Assembly (NCBI GenBank): GCA_044225365.1 | Contig: JBGAIQ010000001.1 | Coordinates: 320,001-384,000 of the forward strand | Direction of reading: 5' to 3' | DNA length: 64,000 nucleotides | Origin: Planctomycetota bacterium | GTDB lineage: Bacteria > Planctomycetota > B15-G4 > JADJEK01 | In this document: positions 36,949 to 45,233 of the stretch, in pieces | Position numbering within the stretch: position 1 is the first letter of the stretch | How the letters are laid out: each line of letters opens with the position of its first letter | Translations under genes and position numbers: made by a program | Notes under the pieces: generated by a model | What the model saw: only the letters and a program-made list of their open reading frames with translations | Told to the model about the DNA's origin: nothing | The model's database searches: none

Positions 36949-36987
36949 ATCACGGTTCGCGATTCGTTACGATCTGCGACCTGTTCT

Positions 36988-37668
36988 TCAGGTCGGTCGA
37001 GCCTTCGAGCGGGCGCGGGCCCATCGGATCTTGATGCTGAGCAGTAGGAGAAGGATGGGAAGGGCACATAGGAGCGCGATCTGCGGGCTGCGGCGGGCCA
37101 TCAGCAGGAAGTCGTAGGTTCCGTGCAGAAGGATCGCGTACATCGCCCCGAACAGGAGTCCGGCGGTCGGACGCAGTTGGCGCAGGCGGGAGAGTCCGAC
37201 GAAGAACCCGAACCCCGAAGAGAAGGCGACGTGCGCGAGAGTCGAGGTGAATCCGCGCCAGAGTACGACCGAGTCCTCACCGGTCACCGCGAGGAAGTAC
37301 GCGTTCTCGATCGAGGCGAAGCCGAGCCCTGCCGCCGCGCCGTAGACGATGCCATCGAGCGGCTCGTCCCATTCCTTGCTCCAGAGTGCACCGAACGCGA
37401 ACGCCAGGAACTTGACGAACTCCTCCGGGATCGCGGTGACGAAGTACGCATCGAGCAGGACTTCATGCATTCCCGCCGAAGTGCCGAGAATCCGGCCCTC
37501 GAGGCGCGGGCGCAGGTAGCCGATCACGAGCGCGCCGAGCGCACCGAGCAAGAAGACGCCAAGGACGAGGAGGAGCGGCTCGGGCTCCTTGTCGTCCTTG
37601 CGGCGGATCCAGAACAGCCAGGCGATTCCCGGTACGGCTCCGATCAGCACGTCGGAGAGAGAGAGCAT
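36988..37668 (-). CDS. PrsW-family intramembrane glutamic protease
   Basis: D-KEPEP, PEEFVK, DGIVYG...GLGFASIEN, AH, LHGTYD. Confidence 0.9.
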   Translation of the reverse strand: MLSLSDVLIGAVPGIAWLFWIRRKDDKEPEPLLLVLGVFLLGALGALVIGYLRPRLEGRILGTSAGMHEVLLDAYFVTAIPEEFVKFLAFAFGALWSKEWDEPLDGIVYGAAAGLGFASIENAYFLAVTGEDSVVLWRGFTSTLAHVAFSSGFGFFVGLSRLRQLRPTAGLLFGAMYAILLHGTYDFLLMARRSPQIALLCALPILLLLLSIKIRWARARSKARPT

Positions 37669-37810
37669 GCTGCTTCATCGACTTCAGGAGGCGGCGGACT
37701 GAATCGGGAGTCGGAGGACGACGTGCGATTCCGTGTTCGAGTCCCGTAGTCTGTTCGCCATCGTCTCCGTTCGGCGGGGATGCATCCAGTCGTGGTGCGG
37801 AGGATCGAAG

Positions 37811-38155
37811 ATGAGCGACGACTTCTACTGTGACGAAGTCCTTTCGAAGCGGACGGCCGTTCGCGTGGTCCACGAGACGGAGGATGTCCTCGCGTATCAC
37901 CATACGCGGCCGTTCTGGCCCGTCCATATCGTGGTGATTCCGAAGCGCCACGTCCCCTCGTTGATCGATCTCGGAGACCCTTTCGACGCGGGCGAGGCGA
38001 CCCTCGCCGCGGTCCTGCGGGTCGTGCGGATCGTGGCCGCGAGAGTCGCGTCGGAACACGGCGCGGCGCGTGTCCTCACGAACGTGGGGCAATACCAGGA
38101 TTCGAAGCACCTGCACTTCCACGTGAACTACGGCGAACCGCTGCGCGCGTCTTGA
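37811..38155 (+). CDS. HIT family protein
   Basis: DFYCDEVL, HIVVIPKRH, QDSKHLHFH. Confidence 0.9.
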   Translation: MSDDFYCDEVLSKRTAVRVVHETEDVLAYHHTRPFWPVHIVVIPKRHVPSLIDLGDPFDAGEATLAAVLRVVRIVAARVASEHGAARVLTNVGQYQDSKHLHFHVNYGEPLRAS

Positions 38156-38227
38156 AATCGGGAAGGGCGAGATGGGGCGCGTGATATCCTTCCGCCAACC
38201 CTGTTCCGGACACAGAACGACTCCCGC

Positions 38228-39322
38228 TTGATCTCGCCTTCCACGAAGCACGCTGCCGCGGCGATTCCGCTCTTCGCGATCGATGGAGAACTGCTGCGCA
38301 TCGTTCCGTACGAGCGCGGCCACATCCACAACACGTTCATCTCGGAGTGGAAACAGGATTACGGAATTCGCCGGTATCTGCATCAGCAGATGAACGACCG
38401 CGTCTTCCGCGACGTGGCGGGCTTGATGCATAACATCGAGGTCGTGACCCGCCACATCGATCGCAGGATGCAGCACGAGCACGCGGCACAGGCGTTCCAC
38501 ACGCTCCACCTCGTGGCGCCGAAGACCGGCGGCTCGTTCCTGCAGCATGCGAGCGGACCGTGGCGCACGTATCGGTTCATCGAGAACACCGAGACGTTCG
38601 ATCTCTGTCGCGACGAGAAACAGGCGTTCGAAGCAGCTCGTGCGTTCGGACGTTTTCAGTGGCAGCTGTCCGATCTCGATGCTTCCACGCTGAAGGAGAC
38701 CATTCCGGATTTCTTCAGCTCGCCGCACCGCTTGCGTCAGCTCGAATCCGCGATCGAGGGCGCGACGGACGACCGCAAACGCGAATCGAACGCCGCGATC
38801 GACTTCGTGCTCGAACGCCGGGCGATGATCTTCACGTTCGCGGATTTGATGGAGCGCGGCGAATTGCCGGTGCGCATCGTGCACGGCGATACGAAGCTGA
38901 ACAACGTCCTGTTCGATCGGGGTTCGGGACGCGCCGTGAGCATCGTCGACCTCGATACGTGCATGCCGTCGTATTCACTCTACGACTTCGGCGATCTCGT
39001 GCGATTCACCGCAGCGACCTCCGCGGAGGACGAAGTCGATTTGAAGCGCGTGGGGATGAACCTGAAGCTCTATCGCGCGCTGGTCCTGGGTTATCTCGAT
39101 GGGACTCGTGGATTCCTCTCGAAGGACGAGGTCGAGTGGATGCCGCTCGCGGCGCGCCTCGTGACCTTGACGATCGGGATGAGGTTCCTCGCCGACTACT
39201 TGAACGGCGACGTGTACTTCAAGATCGACCCGTCGCGCCCTTCGCACAATCTCGATCGTGCGCGAGTCCAGTTCGAGATGGTGAAGGCGATGGAGCGGCA
39301 GAGCGACGAGATGCGACCCTGA
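38228..39322 (+). CDS. Aminoglycoside-phosphotransferase family kinase (N-acetylhexosamine 1-kinase-like)
   Basis: GHIHNTF, ETIPDF, HGDTKLNN, VDLDT, YDFGD, RFLADYLNGDVYFK, HNLDRA. Confidence 0.85.
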   Translation: MISPSTKHAAAAIPLFAIDGELLRIVPYERGHIHNTFISEWKQDYGIRRYLHQQMNDRVFRDVAGLMHNIEVVTRHIDRRMQHEHAAQAFHTLHLVAPKTGGSFLQHASGPWRTYRFIENTETFDLCRDEKQAFEAARAFGRFQWQLSDLDASTLKETIPDFFSSPHRLRQLESAIEGATDDRKRESNAAIDFVLERRAMIFTFADLMERGELPVRIVHGDTKLNNVLFDRGSGRAVSIVDLDTCMPSYSLYDFGDLVRFTAATSAEDEVDLKRVGMNLKLYRALVLGYLDGTRGFLSKDEVEWMPLAARLVTLTIGMRFLADYLNGDVYFKIDPSRPSHNLDRARVQFEMVKAMERQSDEMRP

Positions 39323-39334
39323 GGGGCCCGCGCG

Positions 39335-40240
39335 TCAGGACCGTCGCTTGCGCTCCTCCAGTTCCTCGAGGGTCTTCGGCCAGTCGCCGCGCAGCAGTCG
39401 GGACAGCGCCCGATCGGCGAGTAGTTTTCCTCCGGTCTGGCACTGCGGGCAGTAGTTCGACTCGTTTTCGGCGTGGACGATCCGTTGCACCTTGGTGCCG
39501 CAGCGCGGGCACGGCTCGCCGAACCGGCCGTGGACGGCCATTCCCTCGCGGAAGGCCGTCACCTTCGACGGGAATTCCATTCCGGCCTCGTCTCGCGAGC
39601 GAGCGATCCACTCTTCGAGCACCTCGACCGTCGCGGCATGCAGGCTCCCGGCCTCGGTGTTGGTGAGGCGCTGCGTGAGCATGACGGGCGAGAGCCGTGC
39701 GCGGTGCAGGATCTCGTCGGAGTACGCGTTGCCGATCGCGGCGAACAACGACGGATCGGTGAGAGCGCGCTTCAAGGTGTGGTTCTCGCTGCGCAACCGC
39801 GCTTCGAACTCCGCGGCGGAGCAGGTCAGCGGCTCGAGACCTCCGGGATCGTGGAGGAGGAGCGCGCTTCGACCCGCGACGGCATGAAGCGACGCCCGCT
39901 TCTTCTTCGACGCTTCGGTGAGATGGAGCGACCCCCGTTCGAAATCGAACGCGGCGAGCGTGAGAGGCTTCCTCAGGGGCGCATCGCGCGGGCGCCACTG
40001 CAGACGCCCGGCGATCATGAGATGGAGGACGAAGTAACGGTCCGTTTTGCCGAACTCGAAGACGAGCCGCTTGCCGATGCGGGAGAATCCGGTGACGACG
40101 TCGCCGTGGAAGCTCGGTATCGGCGGATCCACCGTGCGCACGAGGAACGGGGACACGATGCGGCTTGCCACGAGCGAGGAGGCTTGGACACGCGTGCGCA
40201 ACGCTTCGAGATAGATCGTGAGATCGGGCAGCTCCGGCAT
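39335..40240 (-). CDS. Fpg/Nei family DNA glycosylase
   Basis: N-terminal PELPD, RIGKR, HLMIAG, IGNAYSDE (H2TH), zinc finger CPRC...CPQCQ. Confidence 0.92.
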   Translation of the reverse strand: MPELPDLTIYLEALRTRVQASSLVASRIVSPFLVRTVDPPIPSFHGDVVTGFSRIGKRLVFEFGKTDRYFVLHLMIAGRLQWRPRDAPLRKPLTLAAFDFERGSLHLTEASKKKRASLHAVAGRSALLLHDPGGLEPLTCSAAEFEARLRSENHTLKRALTDPSLFAAIGNAYSDEILHRARLSPVMLTQRLTNTEAGSLHAATVEVLEEWIARSRDEAGMEFPSKVTAFREGMAVHGRFGEPCPRCGTKVQRIVHAENESNYCPQCQTGGKLLADRALSRLLRGDWPKTLEELEERKRRS

Positions 40241-40244
40241 CGGA

Positions 40245-40649
40245 TCAAGGCCGGAAGCGCGCGCGTTGATCGGGTGTCGGGATCGGGCAACTCTCGTGCT
40301 TGCCGAACCATCGATAGCGGTGGCGGGCGACGAAGTCGTAGCAAAGGTCGATGAGTCCCGTCGGCAGGATCGAGAACACGGCGAGGAGTTTCCACGGCCA
40401 GCCGAGGTTCTTGACGATCATGAGGATCGCACGACCCTTCCACAGCACCTTCTCGTTCGGGCCGTCCGGATCGAGGACGAGATAGACCGTGTCGAGGTCC
40501 TTCGGATCCTTGCCGTGCCGCGGCAGGATGCGCGAAGCGGTCTCTCCCTGGAGGGGTGCGAAGGTGAAGCGCTTCTCGACGTCGCGGCGGAGCACGAATT
40601 GCACCCAGTCGTTGCAGAGGCCGCAGACGCCGTCGTAGAGCAGGATCAT
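40245..40649 (-). CDS. DCC1-like thiol-disulfide oxidoreductase (DUF393)
   Basis: LYDGVCGLC, FAPLQ, YDFVARHRYRWFG...CPIP; start ATG 40649. Confidence 0.92.
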   Translation of the reverse strand: MILLYDGVCGLCNDWVQFVLRRDVEKRFTFAPLQGETASRILPRHGKDPKDLDTVYLVLDPDGPNEKVLWKGRAILMIVKNLGWPWKLLAVFSILPTGLIDLCYDFVARHRYRWFGKHESCPIPTPDQRARFRP

Positions 40650-41566
40650 GCTGCCGCCGATGCCGCGTCGGGCGCTCTTGATTCGCGCGTCCCGCGATCC
40701 CTCCAACGGAGGATCCAGTGCGGCACGTTCACGAAGAACAGCGCGAGCACGATGATGTTGAGGTAGAAATCGATGAACATCAGGTGGTAGACGGAGAGGT
40801 GGAAGACGATCAGCGATGCCCCGATGAATAGCGCGGGAATGCGACCCATCAGCGCCGCGAACGCGAACATCTCGAGCACCATCGCCGACCCGAACAAGAG
40901 CTTCGTGAATCCGCGGTGTTCGAGCAGGAAATTACCGACGGCGAGCCAGTGGTGAAGGCCGTCCGCCGGAGTGAGGTGCGAGTAGTACTCGTTGTGTTGG
41001 GTGCGCACGACTTGCAGCGCAACGAGTGGGCAGTCGTGGATCCACTCGCCGCCCGTCTTGATCATCTTCGTGATGCCCGAGAGTACGTACATCGCCGCGA
41101 TCATCTGCATGCCGTAGTAGACCGCGAGATCGTCTCGCGATCGTTGGCCGAAGCGAGCGTTCGGGTCGCCGCGTCGAGCGACCCATTGCCAATGCACGTG
41201 GGCGATGAGTTGGCCGAGCAGGACCAGTGCGACGATGTTCGTGTCGTGCCGGGTCTTCGAGATGTGGGACATCCCAAAGGTGAAGACGGCGACGGTGAAA
41301 GCGAGGAGGTAGGCGAGCGCCGGGATCATGAAGCGACCTGCGGCGTAGAGCGCGACCGCGAGTGCAGCGAGTGCGAACAGCGGCCAATACACTTTGGGGT
41401 CGGCGAGGAACGTGAGGTCGAAGTAGAGCGTCACTCCCTTGGGAAAGAGTTGGTCCTTGCCCTGGATCGGTTTCGTGAGGTACGCGAGGAGGAGCGTCGC
41501 CGCGAATCCGACTCGCAGGAGCGCATGTTCCGTTCGGCTCGCCTTCAGCTCGGGTGCGAGGTCCAT
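40646..41566 (-). CDS. HTTM-domain multi-pass membrane protein
   Basis: Multiple TMs with KTRH, YVLSGITK...W, LEMFAF, FHL motifs typical of the HTTM family; start ATG 41566. Confidence 0.68.
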   Translation of the reverse strand: MDLAPELKASRTEHALLRVGFAATLLLAYLTKPIQGKDQLFPKGVTLYFDLTFLADPKVYWPLFALAALAVALYAAGRFMIPALAYLLAFTVAVFTFGMSHISKTRHDTNIVALVLLGQLIAHVHWQWVARRGDPNARFGQRSRDDLAVYYGMQMIAAMYVLSGITKMIKTGGEWIHDCPLVALQVVRTQHNEYYSHLTPADGLHHWLAVGNFLLEHRGFTKLLFGSAMVLEMFAFAALMGRIPALFIGASLIVFHLSVYHLMFIDFYLNIIVLALFFVNVPHWILRWRDRGTRESRAPDAASAAA

Positions 41567-42120
41567 CAGCGACTCTCCCCGTCGTCGTCGTTCGCATCGG
41601 TGTCGTCGTCGGAGTCGTTCTGATTCCTCTTGGTCGCCGCTTGCGCGGCTGTCGACCGACCGAGTTCGCGATCCTCGAGGACGAGTCGGCCATCCACGAG
41701 GCGCACGTCGGTGCGCCATACCGCGCGCGTCTCGCTCGGGTCCGGATGCGCGACGCGCCACTTCGGATCATTGAGGAGGCGCCGCAATGTCTCCTGGCTC
41801 GCTCCGACGAGGGCATCTTCCGGGGAGAGATTCGGATCGAGTTTTCGCGAGCGCTTGTAGTGGGCCTTGAAGAAGTTGTCGGTGTGATCACCGGTCCAGC
41901 CGAATTCGTCCTCGATCGGGATCTTCTTCCCCGCGCCGTCGGTGAGGAAGATGTACCAGGTGTTCTTCTCGAGGTTCGTGAACATCGGGAACCAGGAGAA
42001 CGGATAGAACTCCTGGATCCAGAGGCTGAACGCAATCGTCAGGATCATCAGCTTCCACGGGATGCGATGCAGGAAGCTCGATCGCCCCGCAGGCGTGGGA
42101 GCGGAGTGGGCCGAATTCAT
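41566..42120 (-). CDS. Membrane-anchored hypothetical protein (HTTM partner-like)
   Basis: TM then EFYPFSWFPMF motif; TGATG coupling to the HTTM gene. Confidence 0.62.
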   Translation of the reverse strand: MNSAHSAPTPAGRSSFLHRIPWKLMILTIAFSLWIQEFYPFSWFPMFTNLEKNTWYIFLTDGAGKKIPIEDEFGWTGDHTDNFFKAHYKRSRKLDPNLSPEDALVGASQETLRRLLNDPKWRVAHPDPSETRAVWRTDVRLVDGRLVLEDRELGRSTAAQAATKRNQNDSDDDTDANDDDGESR

Positions 42121-42211
42121 TTCGAGGCTGGGACTCCGAATCGAAGGGGGATCACGATGCGTGGGTACGTTCGCGCGGCGTCGGGCCGGCCGTACGGTCC
42201 GAGGGCGGAAT

Positions 42212-42286
42212 TGGTTGGTGTGACAGGGTTCGAACCTGTGACCCTCTGCTTGTAAGGCAGATGCTCTGCCGCTGAGCTACACACCA
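42212..42286 (-). tRNA. trnV: tRNA-Val(TAC)
   Basis: TGGTGTGTAGCTCAGCGGCAGAGCATCTGCCT-TAC-AAGCAGAGGGTCACAGGTTCGAACCCTGTCACACCAACCA; cloverleaf with encoded CCA. Confidence 0.97.
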
Positions 42287-42322
42287 ATCACGAACACGAC
42301 GCAGAGAAACGAAGAACGGAGA

Positions 42323-42397
42323 TGGTCGGGGCGACAGGATTTGAACCTGCGACTTCATGCTCCCAAAGCATGCACTCTACCCCTGAGCTACGCCCCG
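42323..42397 (-). tRNA. trnP: tRNA-Pro(TGG)
   Basis: CGGGGCGTAGCTCAGGGGTAGAGTGCATGCTT-TGG-GAGCATGAAGTCGCAGGTTCAAATCCTGTCGCCCCGACCA. Confidence 0.97.
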
Positions 42398-42475
42398 ACG
42401 GATGCAGATGCACAGGGTGGTTCCAGCGTAGCAAGAGCACATGGCCAATACCATGCGTGCGCGATCCCTCGACCC

Positions 42476-43969
42476 TTACTTTGGCGGCGCGTCGTCGTTG
42501 ATCGCGGCCATTGGGTCGCGCTCGAGAGCGCGTAGCCACGGCTGGGCTCCCTCGGGTTCGGCGGCGCCGCGGGCGGCGTACCCCAGTTCCGCGATCTCCT
42601 GATTCGCGGCGTTCGAGAGTCGGGCTTCACCGGCCCCGCGAAATCGCGTCTCGGCCGCACACTCCTTGATCCAGCCGGCCAGCAGATCCCCGAGCTTCTT
42701 GCCGATCTCCGGCTGAGTCGCGAGCACATCGTTTTTTTCGGCCGGATCCGCGTTGAGATCGAACAACTGCCGGAACGGGCGGCGCAGCGAGACGACGAGC
42801 TTGAAATTGTGGTAGCGGATCGCCTTGTAGGGGAGGTGTGCACTCTCGGAGAACGCGGGAAGGTCGCGCTTCTCCCCGGCGACGATCTTCGTGAGGTCCT
42901 CACCGAGCCAACTCGATCCCGGTGCGATGTGCGCGAGTGCGGCAATCGTAGGTGCGATGTCGATCGAGCGCACCTGGTTCGCGATCCGCGCAGCGGGAAG
43001 GCCGGGACCCTTCATCAGCAACGGCACGCGCAGGTTCTCGTCGTAGAGGTTGTAGCCGTGGCCAGTACGACCATGTTCCCAGAACTCCTCGCCGTGATCC
43101 GACGTGATCACGACGAGCGTATCGGCAAGGAGTCCGCGCACGCGAAGGCCGTCGAAGAGGCGCGCGATCTCCCGATCGACCGAATGGATCGAAGCGTCGT
43201 AGAGCTGTCGCGCGTACAGGTGATCGCGGGGGAAGAGCGCCTTGAGGAAATCCGAGTTGTCGTTGCGTTGCAGTTGATCCGCGACCTTGCGCTCGGGCAA
43301 CTTCGCGAGCGTGGAGTCCTTCACCGTGATGTAGTGCGCGCGGTCTTCTTGCGTCGGGTCGTAGCGATGGACCTCGTAGGTGTGGAGGAAGCCGAAGAAG
43401 GACTGATCCCGCGGCGTGGCATCGATGCGCGCCAGCGCCTTGTCGACGATCGCGGCCATGTTCTGACCGTCTTCGTCGTAGGACTGGAAGCCCTGGTCGA
43501 ACCCGAGTTCGGAGTGCAGGAAGCCGCCGGCGACCGCGCCAAACGTCGCGTACCCCTCCGCCCGCATCGCTTCGGCGAGGGTCGTCGCGTTCTCGTGAAT
43601 GCGCGTGGGCTTCGCGAACGAACCGAGATCGAGTTCCGACGGATAGAGCGAGCAGAGCATCGCCGCATGCGAGGGGAGCGTCCAGGGTGCCTGGGCGATC
43701 GCGGAGTCGAAGACGGTCGCCGATCTCGCGAGCTGGTCGAGGAAGGGCGAGCACGTCGAGCGCGACTCGTAGAGGCCGAGTGCATCGCGGCGCAACGTAT
43801 CGATCGAGATGAGGAGGACGTTGGGCCGATCGGCCGGGCGCTGCCGGCCACAGCTCGACAGGAACGGCATCGCAAGTCCGAGCACAAGGCAGGACCCTGC
43901 ACGCGCGAGCGACGACGAATGGAGCGTACGGGATTCGCTCGAGGTCGAAACGAGGTGAGTCACTCGCAT
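42476..43969 (-). CDS. Sulfatase-like hydrolase/transferase, probable lipoprotein
   Basis: PNVLLISIDTLRRD, APWTLPSHAAM, TSDHGEEF, GHG...LYDE...VPL; lipobox FLSS-C. Confidence 0.9.
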   Translation of the reverse strand: MRVTHLVSTSSESRTLHSSSLARAGSCLVLGLAMPFLSSCGRQRPADRPNVLLISIDTLRRDALGLYESRSTCSPFLDQLARSATVFDSAIAQAPWTLPSHAAMLCSLYPSELDLGSFAKPTRIHENATTLAEAMRAEGYATFGAVAGGFLHSELGFDQGFQSYDEDGQNMAAIVDKALARIDATPRDQSFFGFLHTYEVHRYDPTQEDRAHYITVKDSTLAKLPERKVADQLQRNDNSDFLKALFPRDHLYARQLYDASIHSVDREIARLFDGLRVRGLLADTLVVITSDHGEEFWEHGRTGHGYNLYDENLRVPLLMKGPGLPAARIANQVRSIDIAPTIAALAHIAPGSSWLGEDLTKIVAGEKRDLPAFSESAHLPYKAIRYHNFKLVVSLRRPFRQLFDLNADPAEKNDVLATQPEIGKKLGDLLAGWIKECAAETRFRGAGEARLSNAANQEIAELGYAARGAAEPEGAQPWLRALERDPMAAINDDAPPK

Positions 43970-44078
43970 GGCGAGAGACTAAATGGGCGCGGGCGATCCT
44001 GTAAATCACCGATCTTCCAAGGCCGTTTCTTGGTGGTAGATCCGGGGACGTAGATCGGGGACCGCGATCGGCGACGGA

Positions 44079-44678
44079 TCACATCTGTCGCAACAGGCCG
44101 ACGACAACGCCGCGCACCTCGGCGTTGTCGAAGTACATCGGCTCCATCGACGAGTTCGACGGCTGGAGTCGCACGCGATGGCCCTCGCGAAAGATGCGCT
44201 TCAACGTGACGCCGCCATCTGGAGTAGCGGCGACCACGATGTCCCCATCGCGGGGCGACTTGCGCCGATCGACGAGCACGAGATCGCCCTCGGCGATGTG
44301 ATCCTCGATCATGCTCTCTCCCGTCACCCGGAGGAGATGCAGATCGCCGGGACGGTCGAGCCACGAGTTGAGGCTGAACTCCTCGGGATTCTCGTAGGGT
44401 TCGTGCGGACTGCCGGCCTGGATGAGTCCGAGGATCGGCAGCACGAGGCGTGCATCCGCGGGGTCGGCCTCGGGTTCGACCAGTTCGATGGCGCGCGCTC
44501 GATTCTTCGCCTTCCGGAGAACTCCCTTCTCCTCGAGAGTCTTCACGTGGTCGTGAATCGTGATCTTGGAGACCTGGAAGTGATCCGCCATCTCTTCGAG
44601 GGTCGGCGCCACGCGGAACTTCGCGATGTACTGCCGCAAGAAGTCGAGGATCTCGAGCTGACGCTTCGTGAAGTACAT
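44079..44678 (-). CDS. lexA: SOS repressor LexA
   Basis: TKRQ..IL wHTH, PTLEE, Ala-Gly cleavage site (QAGSP), catalytic Ser (GESM) and Lys (TLKR). Confidence 0.95.
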   Translation of the reverse strand: MYFTKRQLEILDFLRQYIAKFRVAPTLEEMADHFQVSKITIHDHVKTLEEKGVLRKAKNRARAIELVEPEADPADARLVLPILGLIQAGSPHEPYENPEEFSLNSWLDRPGDLHLLRVTGESMIEDHIAEGDLVLVDRRKSPRDGDIVVAATPDGGVTLKRIFREGHRVRLQPSNSSMEPMYFDNAEVRGVVVGLLRQM

Positions 44679-44807
44679 GCCTTATGGGGCTCCGGTGGGA
44701 AAGTCGGTCGCGACCCGATTCCCGATGGGTGGACGCAGAACGAAGGTAGGTCGAACGACCTCTCGCGCTCGAGCGCGCGAACGTGTGAACTCGGAACGAA
44801 CGGTCGG

Positions 44808-44837
44808 GTTATAAGAACAGGATCACGGCGAGAACAA
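44808..44837 (-). promoter_or_regulatory. Possible sigma-70 promoter of lexA
   Basis: Minus strand TTGTTC-N18-TATAAC, overlapped by AGAACA direct repeats. Confidence 0.35.
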
Positions 44838-44906
44838 GCGTCATCAGCATCGCGGCCAGACCATCCCGTCCAAACAGGTTCAAGAACGTGCGAACCATTT
44901 CCATGC

Positions 44907-45098
44907 CTCCTGCAGTTGCCTGCGATACGGTTTTGAGCTGCTGCCCGCCACTTCGGCGGGCTCTCCGATTCGTCTCCTTGCCCCCAGTGAGTGAGCGAGC
45001 GGGCGTGCGAGCGAGGGAACGGGGACGACTCGGAGCCGAAAGGTGCGGGTTCGGGATGCGCTTCGAGCTACGTTTGAGAGAACCGTCAGGACCAGGAG
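44907..45098 (+). ncRNA. Rod-shaped structured RNA candidate, 6S RNA-like
   Basis: Nested pairings CTCCTG/CAGGAG, CCTG/CAGG, ACGGTTTT/AGAACCGT, internal bubble, GCCCG/CGGGT, TTCGG/CCGAA, CTCCGA/TCGGAG, CGTCTCC/GGGGACG; G-U pairs favour the + strand; 192 nt. Confidence 0.45.
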
Positions 45099-45233
45099 AT
45101 CGCAGCTGTGGATCGAGTCGAGCGCTGAACCGAACCGAACACCTTCCGAACTTCGCGCGATGTTAGGGTAACGGAAGGCGAACGCCAAGCGAAAAAGGCT
45201 AACTTTTAACGAACATCCGCGAGGTGCGCGCAA

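Noticed and set aside
42121-42400. Integrative element at tRNA-Val/tRNA-Pro
   Set aside because: No integrase and no duplicated tRNA 3' end noticed in the window.
45078-45110. SRP RNA (TCAGG...GCAGC resemblance)
   Set aside because: The required short stem with GNRA tetraloop between TCAGG and GCAGC cannot form.
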